DNA of 64,000 nucleotides from Schmidtea polychroa (lineage: Eukaryota): NCBI GenBank assembly GCA_044892525.1, contig CM097885.1, positions 82,336,001 through 82,400,000 on the forward strand. The letters run 5' to 3'. The notes beneath the pieces are model-generated. The model worked only from the letters and a program-made list of their open reading frames with translations, searched no databases and was not told the DNA's origin. Both the position numbers and the translations under genes were made by a program. Below are positions 21,899 through 33,694 of this stretch, piece after piece; within the stretch, counting starts at the first letter, position 1; the number at the start of each line of letters is the position of its first letter.

Positions 21899-22379
21899 CT
21901 CGTCGGCAGTGGTAACTTGAACAAAACTATTTGACTAATCTGATCTAATGATATTGTGTTGCGTTTGACTTCATTAGTAGTTAGTATGACGAATTGTAGA
22001 CTTTTTTCTTTATTAAAATTTTTATATTATAGTATGTCGTGTGTCTTCATCATATAATAAATTATCTTTTTGTTATTACATTTGAGCCTTATAGCTTAGG
22101 GGGTGTCTTCAGGGTTGAGGTGACCTTCCCTATCCTTCATCCATTATTTTTATGCAATTAATCGAATCACCTTTACGCACATGGAATCTAGCTATGGAAT
22201 TTTATTATTATCTTCATTCAGTGTACAAATTACTCGAAAATCTACGCAAGGACCGCGAACAGGCCCAGCAACAAGCCGAAGACCTTCGAAGTCGGGTCGA
22301 GAAGCTCAAAGTCAAGTGTCGAGAACTCGAAGGTACTTGGTTCAGTCCGGCTGAGATGAAGAAAAGAACAACACACATC

Positions 22380-23600
22380 TGTTGGGCTAGAACTGATTTC
22401 TAGACCCAAACTTCTAATTGTGACTGAAATGTGTAGGTACACAACATGCAAAAAGCAAAAAGTATAGTTAAATATTAAAATTACACCAAATAAACAATAT
22501 TAATTAAAGGAGAAAACAACAAAAGCATAAACACAGAAATTAAATAAAATTATACCAAAAGCAAGAAGTTATGCAACATCGAACTCAAAAATAACCAAAT
22601 AAACATAGAGTTACAAAAAACAAACTCGAATAACTTAAAAGACGGTAAAAATAGTAAAAAATTCCAGAAAAACCCAGAACATTCCATAAAAATGGCGATG
22701 ACCATCACAAAAGCCATCTAAAACCATAAAACGATGAGAAAATAAATAATTTAGTAATAAAAATAAAAAATCTTAAAAAGAAATTCGTAAAATATCAGTT
22801 AAAAATAAAAATTAAACTAAAAGCAATATGGAATGTTCTGGAACCGTTCCAAATCCATCATGGACGTAAAAATAACAAGAAATAATTAAAAAATAAAAAT
22901 TTAAAAATAAAAATAAAAATTATGGCACTAAAATTGCCATTAAAAATATCAAAATTACAAAATAGAAAATTCTGGAATAAAAAAGAATTCGAGTTTGTTT
23001 TAATGCATCAATACATACACGTGTACAAAATAGGTATATATACCGACGCATTTTAGTCACAATTTAATCTTTTTGTATGCCAAAAATTTTCGCAGCAAAT
23101 TTAAACAACACCGAAAGTAAGGCCTATTGTCTGCATATATTTTATAATTGTTATCTTATTATTCTGTTTTATTATATTGATTATTATTGAATTATTCTTT
23201 TGTCTTTTTATTCTACTATTACGAAATAAGAGTGACCAGCATCATCGTGGACGGGTTATAGTCACGATGCTGATCAGCCTTGTTTTCAACTACTATTTCA
23301 CATACACAAATTCGGGTCTATGACCCAACATGCACAAAATTTCATTTTTTTTTAAACCAAAAGGTCGCCACGAACAAATGGTTTCTAACCAGGAGTAGGG
23401 CGGGTAAATCCATCCAGGTAGTTGGCATAGTTACGGGGACTATGCGGACGAAATAAAATTTGGGAAAGTAATCGCGGGAAACATAATACCATAAGGCCTA
23501 TCGTACCGTATTCAGTTGAGTCGGGAAAGTAGGAAAATTTTAATTAAATCGACCTTTCGGTAAATCACATACATAAAATGTACACTCAAATATTCTATAG
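22380..23600 (+). mobile_element. LTR-like family B copy, a direct repeat of 16978; right boundary approximate
   Basis: Same TGTTGGGCTAGAAC start. It abuts and truncates a coiled-coil frame at about 22230-22379. Confidence 0.65.
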
Positions 23601-23904
23601 GAAATACATCATTAGGAACATCTAAACGGGAAATATCCCAGACTCAAATTATCACAAAAGTTCTCAAGTAGTCGGCTAATTTCACAAACTATTATTCAGT
23701 ATGCTCAATATTAACTATCATTAATAAACTACTAATGTTATTTATAATTTTATTCAATCATAAATGTAATCTAGGTCACGTTCGATGGTGTATTATTATA
23801 AACTAAAATCATTTCGTAAAATTTTCATACTTACCTTTATATGTATTGAAATTTAGCTTATATAAAATCTTTAAAGATTTTTTTTGTGTGTCCTAATAAT
23901 ACAA

Positions 23905-24390
23905 TCATCTTTGGGATCATTATTATTATCATTATTAATTTTCTTAAAATTACATTAATAAAGTGTATGTCATTACCCTATAATAGCATATATAAGTATG
24001 TTAAACTTCATTAATATATATTTAACTTACATTATGTTTAGAAAATCATAAATTATAAATTTTCTTAAATGACCCTCCCCCCGAAATATATATTCATTAC
24101 CCATTATACAAATATCCTAAATGAACTTATTGTAGTATGTTAAAAATGATAATTTATCAATTTTCATCTTTAGGATCATTATTATTATCATTATTAATCT
24201 TCTTAAAATTACATTAATAAAGTGTAGATCATTACTGTATAATTGCATATATAAGTATATTAAACTTTATTAATATATATTTAACTTACATTATGTTTGG
24301 AAAATGATAAATTATAAATTTTCTTAAATGACCCCCCACCCGAAATATATATTCATTACCCATTACATAAATGTCCTAAATTAACTTATT
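23905..24390. repeat. Approximately 260-bp direct tandem duplication
   Basis: ATCTTT(G/A)GGATCATTATTATTATC…AAATGACCC…CCGAAATATATATTCATTACCCATTA occurs twice. Confidence 0.85.
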
Positions 24391-24720
24391 TTAATTGTAA
24401 CAGGTTAAAAAGGATAATTCGTAAATTTTCATAACTGCCCCTTGCACAAATTGACTTTTTGTAATATAGATTTAACTTGCAATATATCTAGAATAATTAC
24501 TTATAAATTTTTATAAATGACCCTTTTTGATTCCTATGGTCCTTAATGATTACCTAGAAGTATTAGTTGATTCTGCTTCTAGGCCTAGTTAGCTTATATT
24601 ACTTAAGAAATATCATTGTATATCTCAGAGCGAAAAATGAGTCCATAACTTTCCGAAATTGATTCCCCGTATGTGGTAACCTTATAAACTACGAATTTAC
24701 ATTTATTATTATTATCATCA

Positions 24721-24969
24721 NNNNNNNNNNNNNNNNNNNNNNNNNNNNNNNNNNNNNNNNNNNNNNNNNNNNNNNNNNNNNNNNNNNNNNNNNNNNNNNN
24801 NNNNNNNNNNNNNNNNNNNNNNNNNNNNNNNNNNNNNNNNNNNNNNNNNNNNNNNNNNNNNNNNNNNNNNNNNNNNNNNNNNNNNNNNNNNNNNNNNNNN
24901 NNNNNNNNNNNNNNNNNNNNNNNNNNNNNNNNNNNNNNNNNNNNNNNNNNNNNNNNNNNNNNNNNNNNN
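24721..24969. other. Assembly gap (N run)
   Basis: 249 N. Confidence 1.
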
Positions 24970-26057
24970 TTATTATTACTACTATTAGTGTTCTTACCAT
25001 TAACATTTTCACCCTTGTCATTACCATTACTATTATTACTATCATTATTATTACGTTATTAAAATAATTATAATTTTTTTTTTAATTAAAATTTTAGCTA
25101 AAATTATTGATTTTTGGGATCCCCTTATGTCTAAATTTAAATGTACAAATTTAAATCACTTCGGATGCTCGCTTCGCGAGAATTATCTGACCAATTACTC
25201 CCATCGCTGTAAATTCACGAGAACTACTGAAAAATCCCTGAACCTCCTCGAGTGCAAGTAGTGAACTTAAAATTCCAGGGGGTAGACCCGAAATCTGAAA
25301 TAATTATTAATTCCCAGCTAAACCCTCGCAAATTTAGAATGCTGGCCTATTCTGAACTCCCATCAAACAGTGGCATCTCGAAGAAATTATTTAAGTTGTC
25401 ATCTTCAAATTGAAAAGTTTGGAGACTCATTCCTGAAATTATACCAATTTCAAAAATTTCAAAAGCTAATTTACCCGTTAAGTATCCGTTGATGAGGGAG
25501 CTACTTACAACCACTATGGTCAGGGATTCGCAAGAGCTGAATGTAAATTCAGACAATTTGCAATATCCGCTTCCCATAGTGGGTCCTAGTAGTATAAATT
25601 TTTCCAAAAAATTATCAATAGAGAATTCTAAAAATTATTAAATGAAAGATAATATTTGAATTAATATAGTTTGGTATAAATAGTTAAATTAAATCTTTGA
25701 ATGATTTAAACAACCACTATTGGAAGTTTGTAAAACTTTAAATGCTCATTTCTACTGTATCAATCATTAGTTCATCGAAACCAAGCTCATGGATTTCCAC
25801 TTTAAACATACGAACTGCAATTCTGTAACTGATACTTATAATTTGAATTTCGTAATTCTCAAGCCAACCTAAATTACATCGAAAATCAAAAAGGGGAAAA
25901 TTGGCACATTAAGTTCATTTTTTTTCACCACCTAAAATATCATTGCCATACGGGTCACGTTTGAATTTAAATGCAACAGTGCGTTAAACGTCTTGGGGTA
26001 ACCAGACGTAGACGAGCGAATAGAAATTTTTCTAATATGTTCTCTTAATATCTCAGG

Positions 26058-26440
26058 CATGCCTACTATTAGCCCAGAAGACAGCCACGCGAATCCCTCG
26101 GCATCTACATCCAGACTCAACCTAAACTAAACTGATCACTCAACTGCAACTCCAGAGTGCCCAAGATCAGGTTGAGTTGCGGGCCCTCCGCCTTAGAGTG
26201 AAGGAGCTGGATATCAAAGTTCTCCAAAAGGATCTCGACCGAGATGTCATCTCCAAAGTCCGGCCCATGAGTGAGCTGCTCCACAACCCAAAGGAGCGCG
26301 CATCACTGAAAGTCCCGAGGAAGAAGATCCGACCGGGTAAAGCGGCGCGGGCGAGAATGAGACAAGCCAGCCAAGCCCAATTAACACATCATTCTGCGGT
26401 GTTAGAGCCTACTCCGAAGGAATCATCCACGACACTATAA
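26058..26440 (+). pseudogene. Basic coiled-coil ORF, unit 1 of a tandem pair; probable frameshift near 26125
   Basis: ITQLQLQSAQDQVELRALRLRVKEL…RKKIRPG aligns with unit 2. The ATG at 26058 is one base out of frame. Confidence 0.5.
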
Positions 26441-26543
26441 TTTTAGATTGTGTTCTCCTAATAAAAATTTACAGGTGTATTCATATCTGGGCATTTCGAT
26501 TTTTTCCATAACGTTGATTATCATAACGGGGACTAAAAGAAAC

Positions 26544-26762
26544 CGGACAGAGTCCTTCTATCGGCAGTCCGTGAACCCCAGTGGGTGCTAGACAATTATA
26601 GTATGCTAAGCATGCTCACTTTTTGCTGGTGCCCAAACCCTTGATACAGTACCAACGTTGATTACTCAACGGGTATCAAGTGGTCAGCTATAAATTGTAT
26701 CCTGGGTTACGCTGGAAACAGCAGGAGTAGGTAGAAACTTTGAAAGTACCTGTAACCCACCA
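26544..26762 (+). ncRNA. Candidate structured RNA, copy 1, ending in GGGTTAC…GTAACCC-A-CCA
   Basis: Several stems show compensatory changes relative to copy 2, plus a GNRA tetraloop hairpin (GCTG-GAAA-CAGC). Confidence 0.6.
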
Positions 26763-27066
26763 CATCTCACAACTCCAGACCCAGGCGGAGCAGGATCAAC
26801 TCGAAATCCGAGCGCTGAAGCTACAAGTGCGCTCGCTCGAGAGCAAACTGAACGAAAGGTTCATCCAGGACGCTCTCCGAGAGCAGATTCGCCCACTTCC
26901 CGTGGAGCTGGCCAAGATATACCCACCAGCCCAGGCAAGGAAGCCGAAACGTAAACGACTAGGGCGGAATACACGAGAAAAATTGAAAAGGGCCTGGCTG
27001 GCCGAGCAAGAAAAATTGAAAGAGCCTGAAGCCACTCCACGATCCTGGGTAAAACCGACATTGTAA
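26763..27066 (+). pseudogene. Basic coiled-coil ORF, unit 2, 5'-truncated with no ATG
   Basis: ISQLQTQAEQDQLEIRALKLQVRSL…RKPKRKRLG. Homology to unit 1 starts within a few nt of the upstream CCA. Confidence 0.5.
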
Positions 27067-27196
27067 TATTGTAGTGTTTAAATAAATGATTTTCATTGTC
27101 TAATGGATATGTGATTAAACTTTGTGATTGTTCAGAACAAGACGGTCGACAGAAAAGCGTTTGGAAAAACAATCTCGATAAGGGACCGAAATAAAT

Positions 27197-27403
27197 CGGA
27201 CACATGCCTTCTATCGGCCGTCCATGAACCCATAGAGTGCTCGACAATTATAGTGCTCTTAACGCGCTCACTTTTTGCGAGTACTCAACCCCTTGGTACA
27301 GTACCAACGTTGATTACTCAACGGGTACCAAGTGGAAAACAATGTTGTATTCTGGGTTACGCTGGTAACAGCATTCAAACTTTCAACCACCAGTAACCCA
27401 CCA
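27197..27403 (+). ncRNA. Candidate structured RNA, copy 2, ending in GGGTTAC…GTAACCC-A-CCA
   Basis: Same stems as copy 1; GCTG-GTAA-CAGC GNRA hairpin. Confidence 0.6.
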
Positions 27404-29177
27404 ATATCAAACATCCAATAAAATTCCAATCCGAATGTTTAATGCGCCCATAGACGATTATACTTCTGTATGGTTGCATTTCTTCGTATATATATATATA
27501 TATATAAATATTTTCAAGAGAAATGAAATTAGGAGGCTTAAATGCTACAGATGTCACCGTTTACTATTAGGAGGATTCCAATCGTTGAAATAATAGAGAA
27601 AAATAAAATTCGTGATGTTCGGTGTCGTTTAAACACCTACTACTGCTACCTGCGGAGGGAAAGTAAGGGACTCGAGTGGGGACTTGAATGTTACCTTCCG
27701 ATCCCAGTTAACAGGGTTCGGTGGCAGAAAAGCAAACTCTTAGTTGGTAAAATGCCTTAATATAATTTATGTATAAGGAAATATTCGATTTCCATAGCTA
27801 GTATAACAAAAAATAAACAGATGTTGAATGAACTGTTTAAACAACAGCCATTTGAAATTTAAAATATGTAGTCTTAATTAAATTTATTAACTGTTAATTG
27901 ATTAATCCTTAATTTATTAAACATTAATTTATTCATCTTTAATTTAATTATACGAACTTAATTTAATTTAGTGATTTTTAATTTATCAATCTGTAATTTA
28001 TTAATTCTCAAGCTAAGCCCTTTTAATCAAAGTTTAATCAAAGAATTTAAATATGGAAATCACGTCGTAATTTAAATCTATGAAATCATTGTGGGTTGAC
28101 TTGATTCGTACTGTGGTTGAATTTAGAGTGTAAAAGTACGTTTAAACGTCAATTCATAAGCCATAGATCTCTTAGCTGGTTTAACTGTGATTCGGGGTAG
28201 AATTAGGATGGCGTTTCAAAAGAATTTATTTCAATTTTATAAGGTTTGTAAGGTGTGCATGTTTACTTTTGTATTTCACTAACAATGGAATTTTAAGTTC
28301 TATTCTAATTTATATAAAAACGAGTTGCTTGCTTATGAAAATTTGATTTAACAATTTAGCTAATCAATGATTATAAACAATTTTTTGTTAGATGACAATA
28401 GATCAATAAAATTCTTAAGGAACAACAAGTTTTTACCACAATTTCTATCAAATGACGTTGAGTAATTTATTATGTATAGAAATGAGGACTAATGAAGCTA
28501 TACTGGAAATTTAGTTTATTGGTTAAATGTAATTATTTTGGATAATTTTTAAAAAGTAAAGTATTTTAAGATTATTCTTTAAATAAAATAATTAAATTAA
28601 TATTTTGAAATGTTTAATTAATTGTGGCATAAGATTAAAAAGCTACTATATAATAAAGAAATGGTTGATTATGACAGGCAGCTTAATATAATTTATTATT
28701 AACTTTTAAATTTAATATTTCAGAAACTATAGTACTTTTAATTGTCAGTGACTTATTATAAAAATTAATTTATATTTCATTAATAGCGTTACAGAAGAAC
28801 AAACAGAAGATTATTGATATTTTATTATATATCATAGTTTCATCAATTTTACATTCTATTTTTACTTTATCGTGTACAAATTAAGTTTCTTAATATATTA
28901 CTACAATTTCCATAGCGATAGTTTTCGATACGGAAAGTACCTATTTTTTACAAAGATGATATTGACTAAATGAAACATTTTGGAATATTCTTGAACATGC
29001 TTGAACTTTAATGTAAATATAAAAGACCGATTTTTCATTTATCTACAATCTCTTAAATTTTTTAAAATATTTGAGTTCGAAATTTAAAAAAATTTTAGCC
29101 AATCAACAGTTGTTTTTAGTTTTGCAAAGTTATTTTATCTGGTAAATTTTATTAATATATTTTTATAGAACCAAAGT

Positions 29178-29408
29178 NNNNNNNNNNNNNNNNNNNNNNN
29201 NNNNNNNNNNNNNNNNNNNNNNNNNNNNNNNNNNNNNNNNNNNNNNNNNNNNNNNNNNNNNNNNNNNNNNNNNNNNNNNNNNNNNNNNNNNNNNNNNNNN
29301 NNNNNNNNNNNNNNNNNNNNNNNNNNNNNNNNNNNNNNNNNNNNNNNNNNNNNNNNNNNNNNNNNNNNNNNNNNNNNNNNNNNNNNNNNNNNNNNNNNNN
29401 NNNNNNNN
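29178..29408. other. Assembly gap (N run)
   Basis: 231 N. Confidence 1.
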
Positions 29409-30419
29409 GTAGAACTAGATCCCAGGCGCCTAATGACAAAAATCGTGACAGTACTGCCACCCTATTATCACACAGCGAAGGAATGCCTAAAACTAATCTT
29501 TAAATTAATAAGTAGTGACTATGTGACTCGAGGAGTCAGCCTAGTAAACTTATAAATTTCATTTTTATTACTTTAGTTTAAATTTGTAGACTGAATTGCA
29601 CATTAAGTTATAATTGAATGGTGGTGAATTAAATTAACTCGTAAAATCATATTTTAAATCCCTTCTATTTACATGTGATACTTGTCTTGTCAATCTACGT
29701 TGTCAACACTAAATGAAATTAATCTATGAATTTTATATGAAATTCGTGACATAATAATTTTATATAACTTATTTTTAGAACCTCTCACAAACCACAACTC
29801 AAATCCATTTTATCTACCTGGTAACATTTGTTTATTTAATCTAAATTGCAAATAAACCTAAAATGTATATTTTACATTTTATTTTAGGTAATATATCATA
29901 AATTCGTAATGTATTAATTTTATATAATATAATTTTAGAATTTCCTCCAATATGAATGACGACTGTAAAAATTGTTTTGAAAGGCTTGGTACTTAATACT
30001 CAGTTGTTGTCTATGACCTCGCCCTTTTATTTTCCTAGAACGAACACTTTCATTCCTAGTAAGGTGATTACCTAGCAACCAGATTGTCTGTCGCTGCAAC
30101 TCTCTGACCCAAAAATCCTCATCCACTTAGTGGAGCATCAACTCGGTTCATTTCACTGTCGTGATGAGTCCTCACATTCCAATCTGTGGACAATCGTCGT
30201 AGTCTTACTGGATTTAACAATTTTGTCTAAAAAAATGTTCCGCGTTCTTTGCATCTTTTCTCTTATATGGATATTTTATTTACATTGAGACATACTTATT
30301 CGAGTTGGTTCTATGATGTAATTTTAAATTAATGCTAGAGGTCCCATCCCAGGGTGGGTTGGTAATAAAATTGTGAACGAAATTTTTATTCGGAATACCA
30401 TGTATATGTACCTGCTCTC

Positions 30420-30422
<3 letters not shown>

Positions 30423-30486
<64 letters not shown>
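30423..30486. repeat. (TA)n microsatellite
   Basis: Read directly. Confidence 0.95.
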
Positions 30487-30489
<3 letters not shown>

Positions 30490-31109
30490 CTGAGTGGATT
30501 GTTAAAATATTGGTATTAATCTCCTTTCCGACGAGTATTTTATCTCAGGGGCTTACTAAAAATAGATTTGGTGACCTTTGTCACTAGGGTAATCATAAAA
30601 TCAATATTACGATTGGCACAGTTATAGTAGCAGAAACAATGCTATCTACAAATATTATTCGATAGCGTCGCCTCGCCTGACTATCATATGACCCAAAAAA
30701 ATGTAATTTGGTTTATAACTTGTATTTTAAATGATACACAGTATCTTAATGGTATTTGATGTGGCTGTCAATGGTCCTACCACTGGGGGCTTCATAAAAT
30801 TTTATAATTCATGTTTTTATATATACTATAAGTTTAATATATATTGGGATAGGTTGATTTAAGTTATTTATGTAATGGTTAGTGTCTATGCGAAATTGGT
30901 GGGGGGTCGTTTATAAAAAATTTGTATTTTTATAAATAATATAAGATTAATATCTGTCATGACAGGTTGGCTTAAGTGGTTTATATACCGGTTAGTATCT
31001 AGGCAAAATTGAGGGAAGTCATTTATAGAAAATTTATAATTTATATTTTTATGAATATTATAACTTCAGTATAATTTATGATTTAATCTATTTCAATCGT
31101 GTTCTTTCA

Positions 31110-32211
31110 TTAATTGTCGATGAGTCTCAAAGCAATCAAAAATTTTTCTTCAATCTTTTGAGATACATATATACCTTTATAATTTGTCTCATAGACATTT
31201 TGTCCACACTTTGTTTCAGTTTCTTTTCTCAGGAATCGCATCCCATCTTCCTCCGAGGTTGACATTAACACTGTTGGAGTATCTTTCATCCGTAGCGGTG
31301 TGATTCTTGTTGTTGTACTCGTTGCTGGATCCATTCTTATTTTCTCAGACTTTTCCCTGATCTGCTCTCCCGTTATTTCTTTAAAACTCATTGACTTCAA
31401 TTGCAATAAATTGCACTTTTTGGTATCGACATCGTACACCAAGATTGATTCTCCGGTCTGACAGCTAGATTGTTTCATGTTGCAGAATGGATGTGTTTGT
31501 AGTTTACCAGTATCATCATCAAATGATCCATCAAATTCTCTTAATTCTGACATGTACTCTTCCACAACCACGTCTTTGTCAATTATAGCATCGTCTACTT
31601 TGTAGGGCTCTCCTTGGCAATCACCATTCGACTTTATTATCCCTCGCACGGTTACAGTCTCACGTATTTTGTGGTTAAGCTTTGCTTGTAGTTTAATATC
31701 TGCATTGATTTTCAACTGCCCTGTTTGAAAGGCTGCCAAACAATTCTCTGGAATTATTTCTATCGGTCTCGGTATCGATTGCATTTTCACCATCGATGAG
31801 TGGCTCCATTTTCCACAATAAAATACAAAAGTAGTTCTTTTCGCTGCACACTCTCTCACCTTTGCTCGTCGAAACCCCGATTCTTGATATACATGATATA
31901 TATTTTACTGGATTTGTCACTTTAAATTTTACTGGATATGCATCCGAACACTCTGCTACGTTTACCAACGAATATACTCTTCCCATTTCGGTTTGGGAAC
32001 AGTCGTATGCCACCAATGAATTCGTCGTGTTTATTATTCCCAATAACATAATAATAGAAATCATCAACCATGGAAATGCGAGTTTTCCCTTTTTCCTCAA
32101 TGTCTCTGTTTTTGGGCTCTCAGCCTTTTGTATTAACTTTTCCCATCCGCCATTGTTTGCCATCCCCTTCATCAAATATTTATTTGTCATTTCAGTGGCT
32201 TTCTTTATCAA
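31110..32211 (-). pseudogene. env: Envelope glycoprotein resembling chuvirus/Monjiviricetes class III fusion proteins; frameshifted at about 31895, C-terminally truncated
   Basis: Signal-like segment (AFPWLMISIIMLLGIINTTNS) followed by LVAYDC…YSLVNVAEC. Removing 2 nt of the TATATA run gives KYHVYQESGFRRAKVRECAAKRTTFVFYCGKWSH, then ENC, GDCQG, PFC…SCQT, KCN and KCGQNVYET. Confidence 0.75.
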
Positions 32212-32217
32212 TGATTT

Positions 32218-33590
32218 TTAATTGTCAGCTTCCAGACAACCATAAATACCAATCTCCAATATTATATAGGCTAGCACTGTCAATATTACATCTCGATCCA
32301 ACTCGGCTCGTGTTAGGTCCTCAATTACTGCTTCCTCACAAAATTCCTTTTCTTCATAATTTCTTTTAATTATCGACGGTAATCTCCTCTTTAATTCCGT
32401 TGCCAATCTTTTTATAACTCTTTTCTCCCCCTCCGAATTATCATCTCCTTCTGTTTCAGTTTCATCTAACAAGTACAATTCCGCAACTAAACTTTTTAAT
32501 ATTCGCTCAGTTTCGCTTGATTCATCTAAACTCAAAAATTCAATTTCCGCATCATTCTGTTTTTTTCGACATTTCGCAATGTCATTTTTCGTTTCAACGA
32601 AGTTCTCATCACTTTTCATCTCATCTATGCTCGGTAGTACCCTATTATCGGTGCTCATTTCCTCGATATCCCTTGTAACTTCATTTTCCGATCCCATTTC
32701 CTCATTTTCCATTGTTTCTAATCTCTGCAATTCATTAATTTCTTGATCAATTTCTCTTGGGTCATCTACAACTTCAGTTTTAATCTCTACATTATCATTA
32801 TCCGTTTCCTCATACAGAGGCCAAAACGGTACTATTACTGCATCTTTTTCCATTTCATCACTTTGTTTTGTTGCGTACACATTATTAATACAATTTGGGT
32901 TACATCCGTAGTTTAACAAATATTCGTCATCATCCAATTCTCGTCCTTTGAACGTCAACACGATAATTCCTTCATTACCTAATATCTCCGCTGCTTTTTG
33001 TCCTATTTTCTTTGCTTTTACACTCCAATGTTCCTGATAATATTCAATCCTTTGATCCGTAATATTTAACGCTATTATCAAAGACTTCGCACTATCGTTT
33101 GCAGCCTCATAATCATGTCCTAGTTTTCGGATTACCTCTTTCAACTTTGCCTGATAACTTGTCGGTTTATTCGTATACAGTACGATGCATTCAAACAACA
33201 CTTCTTTTATGTCTCGATCCATTTCGATGCTCATTATGAAGTTCATTATGATGCTCATTAATTTTATCTCTATTCCCTGCATACAGGGTATCTTGTAAAT
33301 CTGCTAGAATCTTTTCCCAATTTTGTCTGTCTGAATTCAAAGTATTAACAGCATTAACAACATTTACTTTATTCTTCCAGCCTGGTATCAGACCGCAATC
33401 TACCAAGTACTCCTCGTCTTCCAGACATCGATTCTCAAATTTTAATTGCACTTGCCACCCACTGTATTGCCACTCCTTTACTGCCCTCCTTATCAAATAG
33501 ACCGTAACTGCAAAAATACACTTAGGAGATAAATAGCAAAACGTGTTTTCAATTCTGCCAAACAGTTAACCTAAACCAATCATCCATTTA
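32218..33590 (-). pseudogene. Accessory frame with two ubiquitin-like domains and an acidic region; frameshift near 33285; in frame with env across one TAA
   Basis: QLKFENRCLEDEEYLVDCGLIPG and VLTFKGRELDDDEYLLNYGCNPN resemble each other and ubiquitin [20 protein letters not shown]. Confidence 0.6.
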
Positions 33591-33694
33591 TATTTCTAAG
33601 GCCTCGGACTAGATACGGTCTTATCGCTAAGCAGAATGAAGGTTAATTGCAACTGCATACAGTTGACGCCTCTAACTCGATTTTTGTAGTTTTG

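Noticed and set aside
24689-25045. ORFs spanning N runs (also 29152-29460)
   Set aside because: Assembly gaps; not interpretable.
30150-30230. Hammerhead-ribozyme-like GTGATGAGTCC…GGACAATC
   Set aside because: The core deviates at both conserved segments (CUGAUGA and GAAA), and stems I and III are unconvincing.
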